Positions 28,414 through 36,131 of a stretch of 40,186 bases of DNA are shown here, piece by piece (the stretch's first letter is position 1; every line of letters starts with the position of its first letter). A program made the translations under genes and the position numbers. Origin of the DNA: Candidatus Bathyarchaeota archaeon (lineage in GTDB: Archaea > Thermoproteota > Bathyarchaeia > Bathyarchaeales > Bathyarchaeaceae); NCBI GenBank assembly GCA_020348365.1, contig CP070749.1:685346-725531 (forward strand), written 5' to 3'. The notes beneath the pieces were generated by a model. It was not told the origin of the DNA and searched no databases. It saw only the letters and a program-made list of their open reading frames with translations.

Positions 28414-29658
28414 TTACCCTCTCGCTATTTCTGTCAAGCATTTGGGGGCGTAACGAATCAGACGCCTCAGTCTACCATCAGCGACGAAGGCGTCCCTAAG
28501 AAGACTACGTGCCACGCCTAGGCGAATCTTCTTCGTGCGCCCATATCGTCCTAGGCTCGCCACCCTCGCATTCAACAGTCCTATCACGTCTAATTCATTA
28601 ACCAAACTACTCACACGCCTCTGAGTCAGCGGTGCAAACCCGGATTCACCACAGAGTTCACAGTAGATTTCGTAGATGTCGCCTGTAATAGCTAAGCTGA
28701 TTTTTGCTCTGCTCAAGAGGAAAACACTGAATAATACAAGCTTCGAGTGGGCCGGAAGGTTTTCAACAACCTCCATAACTCGGTCATGCTCGATTCTCTT
28801 CTCAGCCCTCCGTACATGGTTCTCCACCACAGCTCCTGCACCCTCACGCTCCGCAATCTCCCCAGCGACGCGGAGAAGGTCTAGAGCTCTTCGTGCATCT
28901 CCATGCTCCGCTGCAGCCAATGCCGCGCATAAACTGACGGCTCCGTCTAGTACCATGTCATCAAAGAAGGCTGACCGGGCACGCTCCCAAAGAATGTCAC
29001 GGAGTTCAGCCGCATCATAGGGTCTGAAAACTATCTCTTCCTCGCTAAGGGAGCTTAAGACTCTAGGATCAAGAAATTCCTTGAATCGAAGGTCATTCGA
29101 GATTCCGATGATTGATGCCTTGCTTGAGTGGAGAGCTTCGTTTATTCTGGTTAACTCATAAAGCAGGATGTCGCCTCGCGTCTTAACAAGGGCATCGATC
29201 TCGTCCAGTACTGGTAGGAAGAGGATGCCTGCTGAATTCAGACCGTATCTAAACCTGTCGAAAACCTCTCCGACCGCTAAACCAGTGAAAGGAACCCGCA
29301 CGCTGATAGCACTACATAAACTTGACAGAACTCGGTATTCTGTCCCAGCTAACCTACAATTTATGTAGCATGTCTTCAACGGCACACCGAGTTCCTCAGC
29401 CTTTATGCTCAATTTGGCCAAAACATGTTTTATTACGGCTGTTTTGCCAGTGCCTGTCTTCCCGTAAATGAAGATATTTGAACATCGAGAGGACCGAAGA
29501 ACCGGTGCAACTACCTCACCCAAGTAGCGAATCTGATTCTGGCGGTGGGGGAGTTTGTCGGGTATGTAATCATGCCGTAGTATTTCTCTATCGCAGAAAA
29601 GCTTAGACCCTTTCAAGAACCGCTCGAAAACATTGTCCAGCACTGAGATTTCATCCAT
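28414..29658 (-). CDS. cdc6: Orc1/Cdc6 replication initiator
   Basis: LPHR..QI, Walker A GKTGTGKT, Walker B LDEID, GDARRALDLLR and wH motif T.RRVS...ELD...GRYGRT. ATG at 29658 is preferred over the ORF start at 29706. Confidence 0.97.
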   Translation of the reverse strand: MDEISVLDNVFERFLKGSKLFCDREILRHDYIPDKLPHRQNQIRYLGEVVAPVLRSSRCSNIFIYGKTGTGKTAVIKHVLAKLSIKAEELGVPLKTCYINCRLAGTEYRVLSSLCSAISVRVPFTGLAVGEVFDRFRYGLNSAGILFLPVLDEIDALVKTRGDILLYELTRINEALHSSKASIIGISNDLRFKEFLDPRVLSSLSEEEIVFRPYDAAELRDILWERARSAFFDDMVLDGAVSLCAALAAAEHGDARRALDLLRVAGEIAEREGAGAVVENHVRRAEKRIEHDRVMEVVENLPAHSKLVLFSVFLLSRAKISLAITGDIYEIYCELCGESGFAPLTQRRVSSLVNELDVIGLLNARVASLGRYGRTKKIRLGVARSLLRDAFVADGRLRRLIRYAPKCLTEIARG

Positions 29659-29834
29659 CTCTCTTCTCTCCACGTTTTCTATCTCGTCGTAACAATATGG
29701 TTTCAAAGATGGGCTATAGCAGCGTATATATCAGGATGATAAGCTCTCTCATCCAAAAAACTAAATACAGAGCACAAAAACTTAAAACGCGACCAATAGA
29801 CCAATTGTAGCTCTGTATGTTCTTCTACTGACAC

Positions 29835-29855
29835 ACCCCTATGTTTCTTCTGGAA
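29835..29855 (-). promoter_or_regulatory. Origin recognition box (ORB)
   Basis: TTCCAGAAGAAACATAGGGGT fits the TTCCAGTGGAAAC..AGGGGT consensus, including the G-string. Confidence 0.82.
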
Positions 29856-30019
29856 TAGACTAGGTATTTATGGAGAAGAAAGGTTGATTCTTAAAAAGGA
29901 ATAGACCCTACCTTTTAGCCTAAGATTCTTTTAAAAAGATTTTCTCTAGACAAAATTATACTTGTAGTAGAAAAAATTTACTACCAAAAGATTTTGAGGA
30001 CGGTCTAGGGCTTTCACTG

Positions 30020-30040
30020 CTCCAGTGGAAACTAAGGGGT
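30020..30040 (+). promoter_or_regulatory. Origin recognition box (ORB)
   Basis: CTCCAGTGGAAACTAAGGGGT is near-consensus and is followed by a second G-run. Confidence 0.9.
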
Positions 30041-30053
30041 TGGGGAGTATGCA

Positions 30054-30070
30054 TGTGATCACAGCGTGAT
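30054..30070. repeat. TGTGAT-motif cluster next to the ORB
   Basis: Palindrome TGTGATCACA (30054-30063) plus GTGAT (30066-30070). Confidence 0.65.
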
Positions 30071-30071
30071 C

Positions 30072-30782
30072 TTAGACTTGCTTCCTTAAGAGCTTCAGCA
30101 TCTCCTTCGTTATGCGATAGGTGTAGGGAATCCTCTGTGCGCTACGCTCCAGATAACCCTCTTCGTAGAGTTTCTTCATCAGGCGTGCGGTATGCTCCCT
30201 AGTGAGTCCTATTTCCCCTCTTATCTCTGGAGCAGTCTTGCGGCTCTTATCAGTGAGGATCTCGAGTACCCGAAGCTCCGTCTCTGTGAGTGGGGCTAGG
30301 GCCTTTTCTCTCCTGATAGGGATAGGTGCGTCTACTTTGGCTCTTTGTGCTCTCGGTTCTGTAGAAATCTCATTTCCCATCTTCTCAACGTCTTCAATTC
30401 TCGCTGCAATCTCTTCTTGGGAAATGACCAAACTCTCCATTCTTGCGTCTACATCCTTGATCTGCGCTGATATCTTCTTTTCGCTTCCTGAGTAAGCATT
30501 AACCTCGGTGGAGAGCTTCCTCAATACCTCTTCTTGTTCCTTTACTCTTCTTTCTATTGCTTCATAACCCGAAGAAAACGCCTTCGTCGTGCCTGACACT
30601 GCACTAAGGGTCTCTTCATATTCCTGGAGTTGACTATTGAAACTCACAATGATATCACCCACGACATCTCGGGCCTCTTCATACTTGTCGCGAACCTTTC
30701 TGATATGCCTACTATACAGAAGAGATGCAATGAGGGTTAGTGTCAGAAGAAGAACCGAGGCCATGAGAAGCGCGTCAAACAA
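30072..30782 (-). CDS. Uncharacterised membrane-anchored protein: N-terminal TM helix, coiled coil, C-terminal winged helix-turn-helix
   Basis: ALLMASVLLLTLTLIASLLY followed by basic RHIRKVRDK, then a heptad-like E/K/L-rich middle, then LTETELRVLEIL...TAPEIRGEIGLTREHTARLMKKLYEEGYLER...PYTY. Confidence 0.85.
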   Translation of the reverse strand: MFDALLMASVLLLTLTLIASLLYSRHIRKVRDKYEEARDVVGDIIVSFNSQLQEYEETLSAVSGTTKAFSSGYEAIERRVKEQEEVLRKLSTEVNAYSGSEKKISAQIKDVDARMESLVISQEEIAARIEDVEKMGNEISTEPRAQRAKVDAPIPIRREKALAPLTETELRVLEILTDKSRKTAPEIRGEIGLTREHTARLMKKLYEEGYLERSAQRIPYTYRITKEMLKLLRKQV

Positions 30783-30815
30783 TGGCAGAAGCCTCTATGG
30801 CAATGTTCTGAGCAC

Positions 30816-31106
30816 GTGATTCAAGTGTGATACGTGTGATCTTCATGGCATATCACAGATATCACATAAATCAACTTAAATGTTACGGTGAACATTAACA
30901 GTTAAGGATGTTGTGATATATGACATCACAATTCCTACATGATGACGAGTTAGGGCTTAGAGCGTAGCCTTCTTCTGAGGCTTTCTATACTCAGACTGAT
31001 ATGGAACTATCATAGGGTATACATATATTATCATGGGGTAAATGAACTCACACATTTCGCTTTCTACTTCACATAATGGAAAAATCAATGTGATGTGTGA
31101 TATCAC
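30816..31106. repeat. Array of direct and inverted TGTGAT/ATCACA repeats (putative protein-binding iterons)
   Basis: GTGAT at 30816; TGTGAT at 30826, 30835, 30912, 31089 and 31096; ATCACA at 30852, 30861 and 30925; ATCAC at 31102. Confidence 0.8.
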
Positions 31107-31591
31107 GTTTTGCCAGACAATGCTTTTGGGTGAGAGAGATGCTCTAGACTGCCTTCCAATTCTTCCCGCAGTTTGTTGATTATTCTCAGACGTTGACCAT
31201 TAGTGGATTTGCTAGTCAAGACATCTTTGTATACACTTATATATCCTTGCAGTTTGTTGGCAATTTCCAAATAGGGATTCAGGCTCGTCTCCTCAAAAAT
31301 GCCTAGATATCCGAGCAGGAGAATTGTGTATACAGATCTAATTATGTTCTGCCTGGACTGTCTTAGAGTCCTGTTGAAAGCGCCCCTGGTTACCGCTGAA
31401 AGTCGCATTTCAGCCTTATCTTGGTACTTCAATCGTTTTTCGGCTACATTTTCAGCTAAAACATCAATTAACAATGTTTCAAGCTGTGTTCTGGTCAATG
31501 TACTATTTTGGAGGAGTATTTTCACAAATGGGTCCTCTAGAGAGCGTTTTATCCACTTTTGAGTTCTTTCTGGAAAGTTCAATCTGTTCAC
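31103..31591 (-). CDS. Uncharacterised helical protein with an HTH-like segment
   Basis: LTRTQLETL...KYQDKAEMR..AVTRGAFNRTLRQSRQNI looks like an HTH, followed by hydrophobic VYTILLLGYLGIF. Co-oriented with 30072-30782. Confidence 0.7.
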   Translation of the reverse strand: MNRLNFPERTQKWIKRSLEDPFVKILLQNSTLTRTQLETLLIDVLAENVAEKRLKYQDKAEMRLSAVTRGAFNRTLRQSRQNIIRSVYTILLLGYLGIFEETSLNPYLEIANKLQGYISVYKDVLTSKSTNGQRLRIINKLREELEGSLEHLSHPKALSGKT

Positions 31592-31747
31592 CGTGATGAC
31601 CTGTGTAGTGGATACGGGTTTGTATACAATCTGAAAAGCTTTACGGTCTTAAGAATCTTGAGTATTCTGATATGCGTTTTAGAGCATGACAAACATAAAC
31701 AATTTATGCTCAGAATAGAATGTGAGAAGATTAGGGTGCTAAAGAGT

Positions 31748-32908
31748 TTGAAAACTGCAAGGCGATTTAGAAACATCAGGCCCTCTGGTATTCGCCGCCT
31801 CTTCTCACTCGCAAACGGAGTTCCTGATATTGTCCGGTTAGGAATAGGTGAACCTGATTTCGTTCCTCCCCCTCATATTCTAGAGGCAGCCAAGAGATCG
31901 CTAGATGAGGGCAAAACGCATTACGCCCCCAACACAGGCATTGCCGAGTTGCGTGAAGCCTTGGCAGAGAAGGCGAAGCGAGACTACGGCTTATCATATA
32001 ATCCGGACTCTGAGGTCTTAGTTACTGCTGGAGGGGTAGAGGCTATCTTCCTAGCATTAATCGCGCTTATGAATCGCGGCGACGAGGCCCTAGTTTCAGA
32101 TCCAAGTTTTGTATGTTACAGACCAAGCATCTTGATGGCAGGAGGAGTCCCTGTTTCGATACCCGTACTTGAGAAGGACAACTTCAAACTTGACGCTGAG
32201 GTTGTGATGTCACTCATCACAGAAAAATCACGTGTGATTATCACAAATACACCTAACAACCCCACAGGATCCGTTTTAACCCATGACGATATCGCGAAGT
32301 TGGGAAAGCTTGCTGTGGAGCGTGACTTGATTGTGATCTCCGACGAAGTCTATGAAAAGATCATATACGACAATGCGGAGCATCACTGTTTAGCCACCTT
32401 TCCGGGGATGCAGGAGCGCACTATTGTGATAAACTCTTTCTCTAAGACCTACTCGATGACGGGCTTTCGTGTTGGCTGTGCTATGGGACCTGAGAATTTG
32501 ATCTCCGCTATGACGCTTGCTCACCAATTTATCACTGCGTGCGTAAACAGTCCCGCTCAACATGCCGCTGTAGCTGCTTTGAGAGGATCACAGAAATTCG
32601 TGAAGGACATGGTTAATGAGTTTGACAGGCGACGTCGACTTCTTCATTCCAGACTTAATGAAATTGGAGGCTTCGGCTGTTCCCTTCCCCAAGGAGCCTT
32701 TTACGCATTCGCAAACATCAAGGAATTTGGAATATCTTCTGAAGAATTTTCTGAACGTCTCCTTAACGAGGGGAAGATTGTTACTGTACCTGGCTCCGCT
32801 TTTGGCAGGTACGGTGAGGGGTACATAAGAATCTCGTATGCTACTGCTTATGAGAAGGTAGAAGAAGCGTTGGATCGGATAGAGAAGATTGCTGGAAACT
32901 TCATGTAA
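31748..32908 (+). CDS. PLP-dependent aminotransferase class I/II (aspartate aminotransferase-like)
   Basis: LGIGEPDF, NTPNNPTG, SDEVYE, SFSKTYSMTGFRVG, GAFY and RISYA. TTG at 31748 is preferred over 31559. Confidence 0.93.
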   Translation: MKTARRFRNIRPSGIRRLFSLANGVPDIVRLGIGEPDFVPPPHILEAAKRSLDEGKTHYAPNTGIAELREALAEKAKRDYGLSYNPDSEVLVTAGGVEAIFLALIALMNRGDEALVSDPSFVCYRPSILMAGGVPVSIPVLEKDNFKLDAEVVMSLITEKSRVIITNTPNNPTGSVLTHDDIAKLGKLAVERDLIVISDEVYEKIIYDNAEHHCLATFPGMQERTIVINSFSKTYSMTGFRVGCAMGPENLISAMTLAHQFITACVNSPAQHAAVAALRGSQKFVKDMVNEFDRRRRLLHSRLNEIGGFGCSLPQGAFYAFANIKEFGISSEEFSERLLNEGKIVTVPGSAFGRYGEGYIRISYATAYEKVEEALDRIEKIAGNFM

Positions 32909-33009
32909 GAAGCCGATCTTGAAAGATTAGACGTGCCTCTAGTTTCTGCTTCCTGCAGAATCATAGATATTTGTGGCCGTCATCCGAGCGAGGTTTCAGT
33001 AACAGTTCC

Positions 33010-33843
33010 TCATAGGGCCTCCGCATGTGTCTTCAGAAGATCATAAAATGCTGGTCTCAAGTCGCGGAGCATTGGAACAAATGCTTCTATTCGTGCCAAG
33101 TCAGCGTAGTCAACTTCTCCTGTCACCAAATCTTCCTCGTCATACCTCGCGCGGGTGATAATGCGACCGCTTGGTGCTATTATCCTGCTGCCCCCCCAAA
33201 ATTGCAGCCCATCTTCCAAGCCGACAAGGTTGGTGTAAGCCAGAAAAACAGTGTTTTCCATAGCTCTAGCAGCTGTGAATACCTCAAAGAACTTGCGCCG
33301 CACGGCTGGGGAGGCTGATATGCAGACTATGAACTGGGCGCCTTTCAGCCGTAATAGACGGAATATTTCTGGGAAGAATATGTCGTAGCAAATTGTGAGA
33401 CCGAGTCTTCCGATGTCAGTTTCAAAGACGGGTAGTTGATATCCTGGTCGGAAATATCTCTTCTCTTCGAAGACGCTGTGAGTTGGTAGCTGCATCTTTC
33501 TATATTTGCCGATGAATCCCTTTGGACCTAGTAGAACCGCAGTATTGTAGATGACTCCTCGGGCTTTGTCGCTGCGCTCCAGCATCCCAAAAACCATATG
33601 TAACTTTTCGCCTCTTACAATCCTCTCCAATAAGTTAATAGATGATCCTGGAATTGTCTCTGCCAAACCATAGGTGAGATCACGAGTCAGATATCCTGTC
33701 AAAGAAAGCTCTGGAAAAACTACAAGATCAGCACCCTTCTCTTTTGCTTGCCTGATGTTCTTCTTCATCAATTCAATGTTGTATCTCTTATCTCCAACCT
33801 TGCACTCTATTTGCGCTGAGGCCACATTGATTTTCTTTGACAT
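33010..33843 (-). CDS. Carbon-nitrogen hydrolase (nitrilase family), probably the glutaminase partner of NadE
   Basis: E-K-C triad in VFPEL, YRK and ICYD; EKRYF; directly downstream of nadE. Confidence 0.88.
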   Translation of the reverse strand: MSKKINVASAQIECKVGDKRYNIELMKKNIRQAKEKGADLVVFPELSLTGYLTRDLTYGLAETIPGSSINLLERIVRGEKLHMVFGMLERSDKARGVIYNTAVLLGPKGFIGKYRKMQLPTHSVFEEKRYFRPGYQLPVFETDIGRLGLTICYDIFFPEIFRLLRLKGAQFIVCISASPAVRRKFFEVFTAARAMENTVFLAYTNLVGLEDGLQFWGGSRIIAPSGRIITRARYDEEDLVTGEVDYADLARIEAFVPMLRDLRPAFYDLLKTHAEAL

Positions 33844-33888
33844 CTGCTATTTCCTCGGAGTTGTATAGAGAACTTTATGGGAAAAGGT

Positions 33889-34740
33889 TTATTGCATGGT
33901 GTAGGGAAGCCTGAAGTCTGCTCCAACAGTCCTAAATGCGAGCTTTGTCGTCAGAGGTGCACGCCTTTTATGTTCGCTAGATAACCATCGTCTTCGAATC
34001 TCCTCAACACGCTTTAGAGGCAGCTTAAGCTGATTGGCTATCTCTTGGGGCGTCATGAAACGCTCTAGGCCGAACAGGATCAGATCCAGCGTTTCATATT
34101 TGATTCCTAATTCGTCTTCCGCCAGTTGACCTGGCCACAGTCTTGGGGTCGATGGTTTCTGGGCTATTTCTGCAGGGATGCCAATGTGTAAGGCTAGTTG
34201 CCTGACCTGCGTCTTGTAGAGATCCATGAGGGGGGATATATCCGCAGCAACATCTCCCCATTTTGTGAAGTATCCTATCATCGTTTCTGATTTGTCCGAG
34301 CTGCCACAGACTATTCTTTTGAGTATGTTGCCATAATAGTAGAGAAAGACCATTCTCATTCTGGCTTTCAGATTTCCCTTACTGACCTTATCTGCTTCCT
34401 CATATATGTGAAGCGCTCTGAAACAGGCCCTAAGCACGGATGAGAGGTCAATGATCTCCAGATTGAAATCAAACTTCTCAGCAACGGTCTTAGCATGTTC
34501 AATGTCAGTTGCGTTGTATGTCTCCTCTTCATGTAGCATAATACCTAATACTCTATGGCCGCCCAGAGCTAGCGAAGAGAGAGCCGCAGTTGTACAGCTG
34601 TCGACACCGCCCGACACCCCCAAAACAACGCCGCTTGATCTACACTTGTTGACATAATCTGCAATAAAACGCCTGATTCTAGTCTCAACTGATGGCAAAT
34701 CCGAGTTCAAAACAGTGCTTGTTAACTTCAATCTAGACAC
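33889..34740 (-). CDS. nadE: NAD+ synthetase (single domain)
   Basis: GVSGGVDS, NLKARMRM, SE..IGYFTKWGD, DLYKTQV, LW.GQ..EDELG and SEHKR. Confidence 0.95.
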   Translation of the reverse strand: MSRLKLTSTVLNSDLPSVETRIRRFIADYVNKCRSSGVVLGVSGGVDSCTTAALSSLALGGHRVLGIMLHEEETYNATDIEHAKTVAEKFDFNLEIIDLSSVLRACFRALHIYEEADKVSKGNLKARMRMVFLYYYGNILKRIVCGSSDKSETMIGYFTKWGDVAADISPLMDLYKTQVRQLALHIGIPAEIAQKPSTPRLWPGQLAEDELGIKYETLDLILFGLERFMTPQEIANQLKLPLKRVEEIRRRWLSSEHKRRAPLTTKLAFRTVGADFRLPYTMQ

Positions 34741-34932
34741 TTAGCTATGTTGTATCTCTTCGTTCCTATTAACTGATTTTGCATGGTTAAGGAAGTGATG
34801 GTATAGAAAGAATCCTTTCACATATGCTTTGGGAAGAGTCTTAATACAAGCATTTAACAATTGATGTAGTGGATACATGTAGGAAAGGCAACACTTGACT
34901 GGCTGTGCCATTGAGCGACAGGAGACTCCGAA

Positions 34933-35175
34933 ATGGGTAGAAGACGAAGAAGGGTGGTTCGTATTCCTAAAAGGCAGCTGCCAAAGGTTTACTTATGCCC
35001 TAGATGTGGGAGGGAAGCGATTAGAATCGAGACATTGAAGGAGCGAGAGCGTGCAATGGTGCGCTGTGGGAGTTGTGGTTTGACTGAAGAGCTTCCAATC
35101 AAATCAACTTTCCAGCAGGTCGACATTTATTGCCATTTCGCTGACAGATTCTATTCAGGGGAAATTGGTGCGTAG
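34933..35175 (+). CDS. elf1: Transcription elongation factor Elf1 homolog
   Basis: MGRRRR...LPKVY.CPRCG...CGSCG...VDIY..F.D. Confidence 0.88.
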   Translation: MGRRRRRVVRIPKRQLPKVYLCPRCGREAIRIETLKERERAMVRCGSCGLTEELPIKSTFQQVDIYCHFADRFYSGEIGA

Positions 35176-35274
35176 CAGATGCTTTCGAGAAGACGATCAG
35201 ACTCGGTCGATGCCACTTAACATTTTGGTAGGAATCATATATAGCTTAAAAGACGAAATTGGAATGGATCAACC

Positions 35275-36018
35275 TTGATTGGTCGTGTGGAGAGCTACCT
35301 GCTTGACAAAATCCTGAAAGATGGGGCAATCCACATCACCCTTATAGATCCAGAGAAAATGTCTACTAGCGCTGCATCCCATACGGCTAGTGAAGCTGAA
35401 GCCTCTGAGACAACAGCCATTATGGTTGGAGGGTCCACAATTGTTTCTGCTTCTGATCTGGACAAGACCGTGAAGGCGATAAAGAAAGCAGTGAAGATCC
35501 CTGTGATCCTTTTCCCAAACAATATAACTGGCATCAGTAAGCACGCCGATGCCATATGGTTCATGTCTCTCCTCAACTCACTGGATCCATACTTTCTCAT
35601 CGGGGCGCAGGTTCTAGGAGCCCCTCTCATAAAAAAGTATGGTTTGGAAGCGATTCCACTTGGCTACATAGTTGTTGGAGAGGGCGCAGCTGCGGGTGTT
35701 ATTGGGCGAGCTACGCCAATTCCGTACGAGAAACCCGAACTCGCGGCTGCACACGCATTGGCGGCCCGTTATCTCGGGATGCGATTCGTATATTTGGAAG
35801 CAGGGTCCGGTGCCAGACAGCGGGTGCCAGATGATATGATAAGAATGGTCAAATCCACGGATGGGGGCCCATTGATTGTGGGTGGAGGAATCAGAACTGG
35901 CGAACAGGTGAAGCAAGCCGTGGGTGCTGGAGCAGATATCATTGTCACTGGAACCGTCACAGAAGAGTCTGTTGTAAAAGACAAGGTTGACGAGCTAGTG
36001 AAAAGCATCAAGCGTTGA
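35275..36018 (+). CDS. Geranylgeranylglyceryl phosphate synthase (group II)
   Basis: TLIDPEK, IMVGGS, LFP, SLLNS, YLEAGSGA, VGGGIR and GAD.IVTG. Confidence 0.93.
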   Translation: MIGRVESYLLDKILKDGAIHITLIDPEKMSTSAASHTASEAEASETTAIMVGGSTIVSASDLDKTVKAIKKAVKIPVILFPNNITGISKHADAIWFMSLLNSLDPYFLIGAQVLGAPLIKKYGLEAIPLGYIVVGEGAAAGVIGRATPIPYEKPELAAAHALAARYLGMRFVYLEAGSGARQRVPDDMIRMVKSTDGGPLIVGGGIRTGEQVKQAVGAGADIIVTGTVTEESVVKDKVDELVKSIKR

Positions 36019-36131
36019 CCTGAACATTCTGAGACTTGAGAAGGCTTTGCTAGGCACGGTCTCCCTTTTGATTTGTTCGTGTCGGAAAAATTGAAAACTC
36101 ACCTCATAGACTGTTACATGAGAAGAACATT

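Larger units (their letters stand above)
29835..30040. other. Probable chromosomal replication origin (two inverted ORBs flanking an AT-rich DUE)
   Basis: ORB on - at 29835-29855 and ORB on + at 30020-30040, with A/T tracts between them; directly upstream of cdc6. Confidence 0.85.

Noticed and set aside
30933..31006. ATGATGA (30939) with CTGA at 30975 and 30996 as a possible C/D sRNA
   Set aside because: There is no C'/D' pair at canonical spacing and only a broken terminal stem. GTGAT-like words are enriched here anyway.
30816..31106. CRISPR array or CRP-type site interpretation of the TGTGAT repeats
   Set aside because: Units are only 5-7 bp with irregular spacing and no cas genes are present. 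Spacers do not fit TGTGA-N6-TCACA.
31559..31747. N-terminal extensions given by the ORF track (aminotransferase; also cdc6, phoU, nadK)
   Set aside because: They cross promoter-like or opposite-strand sequence, and family similarity begins at later start codons.
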